DNA of 64,000 nucleotides from Selaginella moellendorffii (Eukaryota > Plantae > Lycopodiophyta), in NCBI RefSeq assembly GCF_000143415.4, contig NW_003314290.1, forward strand, positions 1,788,454 through 1,852,453, in the 5' to 3' direction. This document shows positions 35,384 to 46,975 of this stretch, piece by piece. The notes beneath the pieces are model-generated. The model ran no database searches and was not told the origin of the DNA. It worked only from the letters and a program-made list of their open reading frames with translations. Each line of letters begins with the position of its first letter. Within the stretch, counting starts at the first letter, position 1. Made by a program: the position numbers and the translations under genes.

Positions 35384-36135
35384 GGAAGACGCTGCATTTG
35401 AGAGTGACAAAAGTTTCTTCGTCTACTTCAGCAACTCAGGCTTCTTCTCGCAGCTTCTCTGTGGCCAGTTGTTCCAGGGCCGACCTTGGTCTGTGCTCTG
35501 CCAACGATGCTTTGGTTTTTGAGAGCTCCGACGATCATTCGCAGAGACGCTCTACAAAGAGCCGCTCTGTAAACGGAGAAACCTCTCTCGGTGAAAAGGC
35601 CGTGAACTTCGCTTGAATAGTCGTAAGTTTTCAGCAGGCGGGCCTCTCGTGCTGCGCAAGGAAAGAAAAGAAATTATTTGCGTCAGTAAAGATGTTTGCT
35701 TTGTCTAGCAAAACCAATTGTCGGATTGCTGAAAACTGCCTATTCCCAGCGAGTGGTCCGCTCCACCCAAGAAACCAGCTCTTCTCTGTGGCTTTCCAAC
35801 CACTCGAGATTTGAGCCAGCTCTCCAAATCTCGAGTGGTTGGAAAGCCACAGAGAACCAAAACATAGCTAGCTCAAAAGAAAAAAAATACCAAACAAAGA
35901 CTTCCAGCTTTGCAGAGAGAGACGAACTTACCGCACTTTCCATCGAGTCGTAGGGCTTTAGACTCCACAGCGACCATACGGCCGCCATGGACGATGAAAT
36001 TCACGAGGATGGCCACGCTGCTTGGGAGCTAACGTCCTCGTCCTCCTCGCGGCTCTCTGTGAATCAAAGAAACTTTCTTCTTTAGCGAAAAAAAAGAGAT
36101 GGCCGCGCCCTGGAAACTACGCAGCGCCATACGCG
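35384..36135 (-). pseudogene. Abridged, scrambled R3HCC1L remnant
   Basis: caggcttcttctcgcagcttctct, gagagctccgacgatcat and agagagacgaacttac are reverse complements of 42930-43552; cacagcgaccatacggccgccatggacgatgaaa (35967) is in forward orientation. Confidence 0.75.
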
Positions 36136-36164
36136 CTACGAGAAGAGCGCAAAAAAATTAGTTA

Positions 36165-37040
36165 ATGGCGATTCCTTCTGCATGCACTTTAGGGCTCCAG
36201 GGATGGCGACGCAGCTGCTCAAGCAAAAGCTCTTGGGACGGGGATTTGGGGTCAAGTTCTAGACAATTTTGGCAGTATGATGGCTTCTACGGCGTTGCAG
36301 ACTTGGCTCTGCGCAGGCTAGACCACAGGATCCAGCAGGTTTGCAGGTCAGGTGTGAGTGAATATGCAGCCATCAATGCCATTGTCCGCGAGAGGCCATC
36401 GTACCTCAGCCATGACGTTCTACGAAGGTATTTGGAACGACGACCTCACTTTGTTAACGTTCGCCTTTGCGTCGACAGCTACAAGAGGAGACCAACGTCG
36501 ATCGAAGCAGTCCAGGAAGAGGCAAGAACAGCAGGACTGTTTAGCCCGCCTCTGATTAAGTACATCAGGGCCAAGCCCAGCATACCCCGCCAGATTCGAG
36601 GGCGTGGCCCGGGATCGAGAAAGTTTCAGCAAGAGGTGGTCTCTTGGGTGGAGCGGGACTTGTTCGGTGGTGCTGGATCGCTGGAGATGCAGGCGCGGCT
36701 GGTGTTTGATGTGCGGATGCTGACGCACGAGTGGCAGGCGCTGCTCGGTTTCGGGTGCTTCTCGTATGAATCGCTGGTGGACAAGGATCCGAGCACACCG
36801 GATGTTGTTTTCGACAAACACTATGGCCCTTTTGTTCAGGAGAAGTACGACGAGCTGGTCGAGGACCTGGAAGCGGGAAAGATGATCACGGCATGTGGTG
36901 GCTTCAACAAGCTTTCCGCTTTGCTGGGGAATGCATGCGTGGATCTCTTCAACTTTCAGGTGGGGGAGCTCATCAAGCGGTATGGTGAGCTCAGATTCAA
37001 GGTGAATCTCAAGAGAAGACGAGCTCATGATTGCGACTAA
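36165..37040 (+). pseudogene. Orphan family X copy: open 291-aa frame with frameshifted segments
   Basis: The ancestral ATG (~36203) is out of frame; HDVLRRYLERRPHF replaces DDELCYYGIWSDDLTY; the rest aligns with 22140-23045. May still be coding. Confidence 0.65.
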
Positions 37041-37189
37041 GGCGAGAGCAATTCGTCTTGGATGGGGGAATTCTTCAATTTTGTGCCACCCTCGCATACA
37101 AGAGCCCTAATCATGATCTTTAGGGCAATTCAAATTTTCGCGCCAAAACTCAGCTTTTTAGGGCATTTTGATAATTTACACCAGTGTTG

Positions 37190-38812
37190 TTAATTTGGAG
37201 CGTAGTATCCCCCAGTTCCATTCTGGCCGGGCTGTGGAGCGGGGATTCCATACTGTGCGCCAGCGTACTGCGGGGTATACTGCGACGCCATGGTCGCGAT
37301 TCCAGCGTACGCAGCCGAGTAAGCTGGCACGGCGGTGTGCGGACTGAAGCCCAAGATGGTCCCCGGCGGCGGTGGCCTCGCGTAAGCTGGGATGTTTGGA
37401 TTCACTACGTTGTAGCCGGGCTGTGCTTGCGGGCCTTGGCTCGGGGCTGATACCTGTGGAGCTTTCTCTTTTTGGCCCTCGGCCGCGAGCTTGACGATAA
37501 CATGGCGTCCCTGGAGAGAGGAGAGAAAAGTTCGCTCACGCTAGAAAGGAAAAGAAAGCTGTGGCTTACTTCGATCGTCTTGTTGGGATCGTCGATGGCG
37601 TTCCTTGCTGCTTCCACGGTTTTGTAAGTGACGAAGGCGAATCCCCTGGAAAAAAAAGCCGTGCTCGTAAGTTTGGAATGAGGAAATCGACTGGGAAGTA
37701 GTGTTTCACCTTGATTTGTTGGTGTTCTTGTCGTAGGCCACAGCGCCCTCCTCTATCTCGCCGTATTTCGAGAAGATGTTTAACAACGTCTCGTTTGAGG
37801 TCTCGTATGATAAGCCCCCGATGTAGAGTTTCCTTTGCGCTTGATCGTTGGTGCCTCCGCTTCCTGAGGTTCCCACCGAGGCCAAGTTACAAACCGTAAT
37901 CCTTCCCTGCGGAGATCGATCAACGAGTGTAAATGCCTCGGCAAAGAGAATATGAAAACTTACATCGATCGTTTTGCTGGGTTCTTTCAAGGCTCTCTGT
38001 GCCGAGTCCATATGCTTAAACGTGATAAATCCAAATCCTCTCGACTTGCCAGTGGCCTTGTCGATGATCACAGCTCCTTCCTCAATCTCCCCGAATTGCT
38101 CGAAAGCCTGCAAAGCATCCAGCAAGAGCATCAGGCATCCAGCGAGAGAAGCAAAGAAACTTTAAAGACTATGGCACGACCAAGAACACCAAGTTCATGT
38201 TCAAGCCAGCCACCAACCCATGCATGAAAAAACACTCACGTCACGCAGATCCTGTGAAGTAGTCTCCCAAGCCAGCCCACGCACAAAGAGCTTCCGATGA
38301 GCAGGATCTTTGCTCGCAACTTCTCTAATATCATCTGCAACCGCAGAGTATTGAGAACCTCTGCAGATACAAAAACCCACAAGGACAAGCATTCCCAGTC
38401 AATCCATCCAGAAAAATCCAGGATGAAAAAAAGAAGAATGAGGAGCAAATCAAACACAAATACTCCACCAATGTCCTTCGAAACAAGAAAAAACCAGTCC
38501 ACAAGTAAAACCATAACACCATCGCTGCCCTCTCTTTGCGGAATTCGGATCCAAATCGAAGCACAAAGGTGGAGTACCGGTATGATCTGAGAGAAAAGAA
38601 AGAGAAAGAAACGAGCGAGAGAGAGAAGAGAGGCCTTACGCGTCGGTGAGAAGTGCCACAAGTTGCTCCTTGCTCAAGGGCTCCAGCAATCGCTTCAAAT
38701 CGTCCCGAGACAAGCGCAGCGGCACCGGCGCCTCGTATCCCTCCATTGGCGCATCGTGAAGATCCGACTCCTCCTTGATCTTGCGCTTCTTGGAATCCTC
38801 TTGGTGCTCCAT
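37190..38812 (-). CDS. UBA2: UBP1-associated protein 2-like (two RRMs), multi-exon
   Basis: [11 protein letters not shown]; [10 protein letters not shown]; [17 protein letters not shown]; [17 protein letters not shown]; RKLYIGGL. Confidence 0.9.
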
Positions 38813-38902
38813 TGCCCAAGAACCCTAAACCTAAAAACCTAAAACAAAATAACAAATGGAAGGGGATTTAAATTTAGGATAGATCAAGAAGAAAGATTTT
38901 TC

Positions 38903-39832
38903 TCAGCTCGCGTAGTAGATGCTCGATTGCCGCTGCTGCATCTCCTCCACGAAGAAATCCATCTCCCGGGAGTCCGCCATGGATTTCACCGCGTACTGGA
39001 GCATGCTGGAGAGCTCGCTGAGATTATTCTCGGCCCGGGCCACCATCGCCATCCACTGCTGGTACTGGAGCCAGCGCCTCATGTTCCTGGATCCCAGCTC
39101 CTGCTCGCAATCGATCGAGATCTCGTCGTCAGCGCCAAGATTTGCCGAAGAGATCCTTGGATCGCCATCGCCGGTGAGGCCGACGCAAGAGAGCCGCGGC
39201 GGGGGAGATTTTGGCCCGGATTTCTTCGCCGATCTGCGAGCGCTGCTGGAGAGGGACGACGATCTGGACAGGCGGTTCTTCCCAGCTCCGACCAGCTGAC
39301 CGAAGATCTTCTTCATGATCCCGGGGCCGCTGTTCTTGCCCGGCGAGCTGGCAAGATCGATGTCGAGGCTGCGCTGGTCGAAATCCTTGCTGTGCTGCTC
39401 GAAATCCTTGGTGGTGGTGGGGAAATCCGAGAATTCCGAGGGGAGAGGGCTCGTCGCGCGGCTCACTGAGCACGCATTGAGCTGCCGCGCGGTTGCGGAG
39501 CGCTTGAGGTGGGGCTGGCCGTCGAAAAGAGGGGAGATTGTGGAGAACTCGGACGCCATGGGGCTGGTGGCCCTGCTGATCGAGCTTGCGAGATTCCGAG
39601 CGATTCCAGACCTCTTGTAGCGCTGGCTGCCAAAAACCGGGTAGCCAGAGCTCCTGGGAAGCAATCGCCCGCTGTTGTTGAGGATCCGGATGCAGTGCTC
39701 CCACGATAGATCCTCCGGCACTGCGAGGTCGGGGACGAATCCATCGAAGGCCGGCGCTGGGACTGGAGTGGGATTCCAGTGGATCGGCGACGAGCGGCAG
39801 CTGGAAATATTGTCGAGAACCACTGGCGGCAT
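38903..39832 (-). CDS. Ser-rich intronless protein of unknown function
   Basis: 309-aa ORF from ATG 39832; repeated SRATSPxxSEFS; helical C-terminus. Confidence 0.6.
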   Translation of the reverse strand: MPPVVLDNISSCRSSPIHWNPTPVPAPAFDGFVPDLAVPEDLSWEHCIRILNNSGRLLPRSSGYPVFGSQRYKRSGIARNLASSISRATSPMASEFSTISPLFDGQPHLKRSATARQLNACSVSRATSPLPSEFSDFPTTTKDFEQHSKDFDQRSLDIDLASSPGKNSGPGIMKKIFGQLVGAGKNRLSRSSSLSSSARRSAKKSGPKSPPPRLSCVGLTGDGDPRISSANLGADDEISIDCEQELGSRNMRRWLQYQQWMAMVARAENNLSELSSMLQYAVKSMADSREMDFFVEEMQQRQSSIYYAS

Positions 39833-40024
39833 CGCGCGTGATCGATCGACCTTGGCGGACGAGACCGGCCAAGAAGCGAGAGACAAAGAAAACGAATTTT
39901 CCCCCTCCACAGGTCATTCGAAAACGGGGCAAGAAAATCTGATCCGTTGAAATCATCCGCCGCCACGTGTCACAACCGCAAGAAAGGAATATCCAGCGAT
40001 TCCAAATTTTAGGGTTCTTGGAAA

Positions 40025-40432
40025 ATGGCAGTACAATGGATGCTCGTCACTGGCTCGATCTGGGGCACCACGAATGCGCTGATGAAGCGAGGGACCTCCG
40101 CGCTGGATCGCCGAAATCGACAGCTCGGCGCGCGTCCATCGGGTGGTGATTCGTGGCTAGGCGCGGTTGTAAGAGATTGGATCCTCCTCCTGTGCACTTG
40201 GGAGTATAGCTTGCCCCTGGCGATCAATCTCTCGGCCTCTCTCGTGTTCTTCGCCAAGCTCTCCGAGAGTCCTCTCTCCCTGGCAGTGCCCATCACCAAT
40301 GCCACCACATTCGCCGCGACCGCTGTGGCCGGGAGCGCGCTAGGCGAGCGCCTCCGGCTCAAGCAGACCGCGCTGGGATTGCTTCTCATCGTCACAGGGA
40401 TCTGGCTGTGCTGCCACAGCGCTAGAGATTAG
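40025..40432 (+). CDS. TMEM234-like small multi-pass membrane protein
   Basis: WGTTNALMKRG...YSLPLAINLSAS...LSLAVPITNATTF...LGE signature. Confidence 0.85.
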   Translation: MAVQWMLVTGSIWGTTNALMKRGTSALDRRNRQLGARPSGGDSWLGAVVRDWILLLCTWEYSLPLAINLSASLVFFAKLSESPLSLAVPITNATTFAATAVAGSALGERLRLKQTALGLLLIVTGIWLCCHSARD

Positions 40433-42164
40433 CCATCAGCTGGTAAGAAGTAGCGATCTTACTGTCGATCTCCAGGCACTTCTCGAAAGACAGCCTTCCA
40501 AGGCTTGGGTTCTTCCACTTGGAGCACCAAGTCAGTATCGTCGTCCAAGTCACTGCTGTCGGTTTGAAAGGCATCGTTCTTGCGAAGTTCATGGCCTCGT
40601 CCAGATGGTTTGTCCTGCCAAGAAGATCGATCACGGCGTGGTAATGCTCGATCTCGGGAGACACTCCATACCTCCTTTGCATCCCGTGGAAGATTTGCTT
40701 CCCTTGGGTGACCAGCCCGGCATGGCTGGAGGCCGTGAGCAAGCACAAGAGGGTGACACCATCTATGCTCAAGCCATTGTCCAGCATGTCGTGGAAGATC
40801 TGGAAGATCTTTGTGGAGCCATCCTTTCCCTGGCGGCACAGTCCTGCCATGAGCGACGTGTGAGCGACAGCGTCCGGTGAAAGGAGCGACAGGAATACCT
40901 TCTCGGCGTTGTGAGCGCTGCCGCATTTTCCATACACGTCCACCAGCGCGTTTGCTACGAGCTCTCCATGCTCCAAGCCATGCCTGCAAATCTCGCCGTG
41001 AATCACTTTCGCCAGCCGCGAAGCCACAGCCTTACCACAAACTTTGAGAAGAGCGACGTAGGTTCGAGCGTCCGGAGCACAGCCATGGCTACGCATCCGG
41101 ACATAGATCTCCAGAGCCTGTTCTTCGTTGCCGCTGGAGTCCGCGTGGGCGAGGATAAGCGCCGTCCACAGCACCACGTCGTCGAAGAAACGGGCTCTCT
41201 CGAAAACCACGCGAGAATCGTCCAGGCTCCCACACTTCGCATACAAATCGACCAAGGAGCTCGTCACGTACCTGTCTTGGCAGCCACTCTTCACGCAAAG
41301 AGAATGCAAAGCCATAACTTTCTCCAAAGCCACCACCTTGCTCATTCCATCGTCCAGCTCGAGAGGATTTTCCCTTTCTTCCGCGGCAAGAGCAGCGATG
41401 GCTTTCACTGCGGCAAGAAAAGTCCGGGGATTTGGAGAGCATCCCTGGCGCTGCATGAGCTCGAAGAGCTGCAAGGCCATCTCTCCCTGCGAATTCTCTG
41501 CAAATCCCAGTATCAGCGACGTCCAAGAGACCACATCCTTGTAAGCCATGCCGGAGAATACCTTGCTTGCGTCAACCAAGCTTCCACACCGCGCGTAAGC
41601 GTCCAGAAGCGCGTTTGCGACGAAGATGTCCACTCCACAGCCAGTTTGATCGATCACAGCGTGGAGAGCCACGACGCTCTCCAGCGCTTTGATCTTCACG
41701 AGCTCGTCACCGAGAGCTTGCATCGCTTCTTTCGCTGCAAGACGAGAGCAAGCTTTTAGAACAGCGACGAAAGTCCGGCCATTCGGCTGGCAGTCTCCTC
41801 CAGCTCTAGCCATGGCGGCAAACAAATCTAAAGCTAGGAGCTCCTCCTTGTTCTCTACATACCCTTGGATGAGCGCTGTCCAAGAAACCACGCTGTGGCA
41901 CGGCATGGCGTCGAAGATCCGGCGCGCCTCCCTCACGCTGCCACATTTGGCGTACATGCTCACCAGGCTGCTCGCCACGAATGGATTCGCAGCGGCGCCG
42001 CTATCGACAACCTGGCTATGGATGGATCTTCCCCGCTCCAGATCCCTCGCCATGGCGCACAGCTTGAGCGCCGCGAGGAGATTCGACGTCGCCGTCCTTT
42101 GCTGGAAGGGCGGCGCTGCGCCAGCGGCATCGAATCGAGCTGCCAAGGAATTGCCTGGCGCCAT
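40422..42164 (-). CDS. PLS-class pentatricopeptide repeat protein with a truncated E extension
   Basis: Repeated SLVSMYAKCGS..AR.IFD.M....VVSWT; LTASSHAGLV; EHYHAVIDLLGR; MPFKPTAVTW. Confidence 0.93.
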   Translation of the reverse strand: MAPGNSLAARFDAAGAAPPFQQRTATSNLLAALKLCAMARDLERGRSIHSQVVDSGAAANPFVASSLVSMYAKCGSVREARRIFDAMPCHSVVSWTALIQGYVENKEELLALDLFAAMARAGGDCQPNGRTFVAVLKACSRLAAKEAMQALGDELVKIKALESVVALHAVIDQTGCGVDIFVANALLDAYARCGSLVDASKVFSGMAYKDVVSWTSLILGFAENSQGEMALQLFELMQRQGCSPNPRTFLAAVKAIAALAAEERENPLELDDGMSKVVALEKVMALHSLCVKSGCQDRYVTSSLVDLYAKCGSLDDSRVVFERARFFDDVVLWTALILAHADSSGNEEQALEIYVRMRSHGCAPDARTYVALLKVCGKAVASRLAKVIHGEICRHGLEHGELVANALVDVYGKCGSAHNAEKVFLSLLSPDAVAHTSLMAGLCRQGKDGSTKIFQIFHDMLDNGLSIDGVTLLCLLTASSHAGLVTQGKQIFHGMQRRYGVSPEIEHYHAVIDLLGRTNHLDEAMNFARTMPFKPTAVTWTTILTWCSKWKNPSLGRLSFEKCLEIDSKIATSYQLMANL

Positions 42165-42211
42165 TGAAATATTTTTTTGGCGCTTCTCTCAAGAACCCTA
42201 AAATCTCAGCT

Positions 42212-43565
42212 ATGGTGAAGAACTGGTCGGAGCGCGTGGAGGAGCTGCTGGACGAGGGCAACAGCGATGGCGCTGCGCAGTTCTTGCAGGGCGTCGTGGA
42301 CGAGATGCAGAGCTTGCAAGGCGCGGACGCGAATCTCTCACTGGCTGCGGCTATGGAGGATCTGGGGGCGCTGTACGAGCGGCAGGGCTTGTCGATCAAG
42401 GCGGATTCGCTGCGCAGCTCCGCCATTGTCATCCGGCACAAATTAAACGCGTAAGTAGCATGAATTCTCTCTTTTCTCGGATGATTCTAAGAATTTCTCT
42501 GCAGAAGAAGCGATGCTCCAAGCATAGGCAAGGAAGACGACGAAGAAGAAGGTACTAGGTAGACTTCCAAATCAAACTTGGAGAGAATGGCGGAGACCTG
42601 AAAGCTTGCTTTGCGTCACAGAGTGGGAGAAAGCCGTTCACGACATCCCTGGCAGCTCATCAAATCCACCACCATCGCGGAGAGCTCCATCGCCTCCTCG
42701 ATTCTCCCAACTTTCTTTGAGCGATCCAACTCCCAAGCGTCGGTCCAACTCCAGAGAAAACGCGAGAGAAGCCGAGGAAGAGGCCGAGGACGTAGCTCCC
42801 AAGCAGCGTGGACGCGGGGCATTTACTTACGGAAGAGAAAGAGATGGATTCCACAGCGACCATACGACCGCCATGGACGATGAAACTCACGAGGAGCTCA
42901 CTACATCTTCTGACGACATCGATGGAAAGTCCCGTAAGTTCGTCTCTCTTTGGATGATCAAAGGTGGAAGTTCTTAGCATTCTTTTGTTTTTTTGTAGTT
43001 GTTTATGGAGCTAGCCATGTTTTGGTTCTCGGTGGCTTTCCTCCCAAGACAACCACTCGAGATTTGGAGCAGGTTGTCATGCCTTACGCGAGCCGCGGCG
43101 TGGTGATTCGCTGGGTAAATGACACCACTGCCTTGGCTGTTTTTCGCAATCCAACAATCGGTTTGTGTGAGTCATTGTCTAGATCTCTCACTGATTTTCT
43201 TCTTTCCTTGCGCAGCACGAGAGGCACTCGCAACAATCCGCCACCCAAAGTACGTGCTCAAAACTTACGACGATTCAACTGAAGTTCACGGCCTTGTCAC
43301 CGAGAGAGGTATACAGTTTTCTTTCTCTGGTTTCAAGCTTTCTACTCTTTGTGCAGACTTGGAGCCTCCGACGACGAGGCCAGCGACATCCGCCCGAGCT
43401 GCTCAGCGCATGATCGTCGGAGCTCTCACAAACCAAGGCATCGTTCGCGGAGCACAGACCAGGGTGAGATTCACGGCCCAGGAGCTGCAAAAGCAAGAGG
43501 AGGAGCGCAAGCAGCGCTTGCTGGCCAGAGAGAAGCTGCGAGAAGAAGCCTGGGGAGGCGATTGA
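42212..43565 (+). CDS. R3HCC1L-like coiled-coil / RRM-like protein, multi-exon
   Basis: HVLVLGGFPPKTTTRDLE...VIRWVNDTTALAVF; DLEPPTTRPATSARAAQRMIVGAL; REEAWGGD. Confidence 0.8.
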
Positions 43566-43599
43566 TTCACACATACAGCACTAATCTACATCTCTTCAC

Positions 43600-43754
43600 T
43601 TCTCAAGCCTGCTGAGAGTCGAAGGAATAGACCCCAAGTCTTCTCGACTTCCAACGCTGCTAATAACAACGCTGATCTCTGGTAAGCCTTGGATCTCTGG
43701 GACGGCTTGGTTGGATACGTCATGTTGATCCCATAAAGACGAGTAGAAACTCTC
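43600..43754. pseudogene. Scrambled remnant of the cysteine protease 3' end
   Basis: 43644-43682 = 55819-55857 (forward); 43688-43754 = reverse complement of 55732-55807. Confidence 0.75.
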
Positions 43755-44689
43755 CTTTTTTGGACGAGGATCTGGCAATAGAAGGTCCTGTGACGTAACG
43801 ATAGTGTCTACTTTCAGGAGTCTTCTCTACAATCAAGGAGCTCTGCTGGATTGCTTTTTTCTGTTTTGATGGCTTACATGGTGTTGCTGGCGCATACGCT
43901 GCAAAACTCTTTATCCACGAGCTGTCAGCAAACTAGAGCTCCTTCTGTAACTAACTACATCCACAAGGTTTGTGTTCTATGCTGTTCTATGCTCTTAACG
44001 TTTTCTTTTTTCAATTCTTGGTATGATCTCAAGGTAATTTTCTGGCTTGTTTGATTTTTTGGTTTTATTTTGTTAGGATCCTACATGGAAACCTACATAG
44101 CAATGTGGAGACCTACATGGAGGAGGCATGGAAGCTCTCCCAGAAATGAAAGCTTTGGGGGAGCTTCAAAAGAGAGCAAAGTTGACAAGAGAGAGAGAGT
44201 AAAAGGTTTTTGATAAAGTGGAGCATTCCCTGGACATTTATTTCTTCAAAGTGTTGGAGTTTTCCTTACTTTAATATGACAGAGCTAAATTTAAGATCAA
44301 GAAAGATTAAAGTAGCATTGCAGTTTCACAAGCAAAAACTGCTCAAAGCGTCACTAGAAGAAGAAACTTGATTGAAAATCAATTTTTTGGTGGAAGAGGG
44401 ACATGTATGTTTTTTTTGGGGTCATTGGCATTAGACCAGGGTTTCTTGCAAGCATGGAAAGAATCACCCCAATTTAAAGATCACTAAAAAGGAGTGCATT
44501 GGAGAGAGGGAAATGGAACCATTTAATATTATGTGTGATAGAATTGGCACCAAATAATGTAGGTACCATTTGTGCTAAGAGATACAATTATTGAGCTTTG
44601 CATTTGATTTTGCCGTTATTATAGCAATATTTTTTATAATCCTATATAAAATATTAAATTAATTTTTTTAATAGCTACTCATGAAAAGG

Positions 44690-45508
44690 AGGGGCAACTT
44701 CCTGGTGGACTCTGTAGTGTATTGTCTAGGATAGAGGCAATGGCATTACATGGCCTTCTGCACCATTGTGGAAATGGCACTTCAAAGGCTAGACTATAGG
44801 ATCCAGCATGTATTCGGTCATGCATGCGAGCAGGGCAAAGTGTCGGGTATCAGCAGAATCACGATGGAGGCCATCGTCCACGAGAAGCCCACGTCCTATG
44901 AAGAGCAATATGAAGGTATTTGGGACAATGACCTCACTTACACCAATGTTCGCCTTTGTGTCAATGGCTACAAGAGGGCACCAACAACGATCGAAGCAGT
45001 CCAGGAAGAGCTCCAGCAACAGTAGAAACAGCAGCAGCCACAAGAGATGCCATTGTTTAGCCGATGTCTGATCAAGTACATGAGGTTAGGCATGATACCC
45101 CGTGAGATTCGAGGGCATGGCCCGGGATTGAGAAATTTTTAACAGGAGATGGTCTCATGGGTGGAGCGGGACCTGTTCAGCAGTGGATGATCGCTGGAGA
45201 TGCAAGTGCAGTTGGTGTTTGATGCGTGGATGCTAGCGCATGAGTGGGAGTTGGTGATAAGGAGTTTCGACAAGTCTAAGTCATTGGATAGATTGCTGCG
45301 GATGGACACAGACTACTCACTTGATGTTGAATTCAATGACGGGATGAGTCAAGAGGATTTTGATCAAGAGACTTATGATGAACTTGTTGAGGACCTGGAA
45401 GCTGCAAAGATGGTGGCACAGAATGGTGGCTTTGACAAGATTTGGGCCTGGCCAAGGAACACATGCATAGATCTCTTCAACTTTCAAATGGGGGGTGTGG
45501 AGGAGATC
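44690..45508 (+). pseudogene. Orphan family X, diverged copy with stops, 3'-truncated
   Basis: YEGIWDNDLTYTNVRLCV, EAVQEELQQQ, CIDLFNFQMGGVEE; in-frame stops. Confidence 0.8.
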
Positions 45509-46975
45509 TATAAGGAATCGACTCCCCGAGGTGTTGAAGGCTAAAAGACCCCCAAAGGCATAACCAAAATGATAAAGAGTTCATTGGATGAGACTGAGTC
45601 CGAGATCAAGTCCGAGACTAACTCTAAGACCGAGTTCGAAACTAAGTCCGAGAACAAGTTCGAGACTAAGTCCGAGACCAAGTTTGAGACTGAATCTGAG
45701 ATCCAATATCGAGTCTGAGACCAAGTCCAAGATCGAGTACAAAACAAAGTCCGAAGTCGGGTCAGATATCAAGTCCAAAATTAAGTCCAAGACTGAGTCC
45801 AAAGCCAAGTTCGAGATCGAGTCCGAAACCAAGTCTGAATACTAATATAGGTCGTGGGGTGAAAGCCCAAAGCGTGTGTCTCCTGGGGGGGGGGGGGGGG
45901 GCTGCAAGGGGTTCCAAAAGTATAGTAGGGATAGTGAGGTTCAAGAACTAATCTTGAAAGAACTCTCCAATGGTGCTTCCAAACTAACTTGAGGTTGAGA
46001 CTGGGGCTGAGGGGCCTTGGGTGGGAGTGAGCATGGACTCGGGTGGTGCTGAAAGGGCCACCCAAAGAAGTGCTCAAAAGTAACTCCCACTCCCATAAAG
46101 GAAACCGATTGTAGTGCTCTCAACTCATGGGGAGTTGTGCCCCACTTGAGTACCTTGGGGCTCATTAGTCTTCATCTTTTCTAAGGGCTTGGGCCTTTTC
46201 TTTGGGATGGAAATGGGGGGGTAAAGGTACTTATATTAGGCCGTTAGGCCCTAGTGTTTCCCTTTGACGTCCCGAAGTTAGTGTTGCACCCAAGGCTTAG
46301 GAATTAAAGGTCCCATGATTGTACTAAGGGATGTTAGGAACCTAGAGGTTTGGTGTGCTTGATTGCTTGTACATGTAGGGAAGGTAGCCGAATATTAAAT
46401 CTAATCTAACCTGGGGAGGGGGATTGGGAGAGATTTTGGAATCTATGGATGGATAATTAATGCTTCGTTGCTCATGTAGGGAATAGCTGAAACCAAATAA
46501 AACTAAATAGGAGTTGATATAATAAATAGAAACCTTGGCGAGGGAACTTAGTTAAAGCTAAGGCAATATTGGTTGAATAGACGAGGTAAATTGGCAAATT
46601 AGAAAGGAAAAATTTGTGGCTTACAAGATCATCAAATGGTATAATGAGCTCAAATTCAAACCCAACAGAAACGATGAATACAACAACAATATTGAGGATA
46701 ACTTCAAACTGGGTGAGCACTCAAATAGGTAGCAAGTGAAATACAAAATGACCAAAAGAAGTCTGCGACCTCTCAGAAAAAGCTCAAGCTCTGATCCTAG
46801 CAAGGAAGAATAAAAAGTATTGAGATTCTTGTTAAAGTTAAATCCAATGCTGTAAGTCACAACAGTCAATAAGGTCCACTTTATTCAATTCTAGGGTCTC
46901 TCACTAAGCTGGCAAAAGACAAAGACAATTTCCTAGGAGCAAGTGCCACCCTCCATTCTCTTACTTTCTTTACGA
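45509..46975. mobile_element. Possible degenerate LTR-type insertion truncating the X copy
   Basis: Homology to X stops abruptly at tataagg (TGTAAGG-like); tandem array, G18 run and CpG-poor sequence follow. No TSD found. Confidence 0.3.
45588..45840. repeat. Degenerate 12-bp tandem array (~20 units, consensus near AAGTCCGAGACY)
   Basis: gagtccgagatc aagtccgagact aactctaagacc gagttcgaaact aagtccgagaac and so on. Confidence 0.85.

Noticed and set aside
45588-45840. CRISPR array
   Set aside because: Eukaryotic context; degenerate 12-bp units with no unique spacers.
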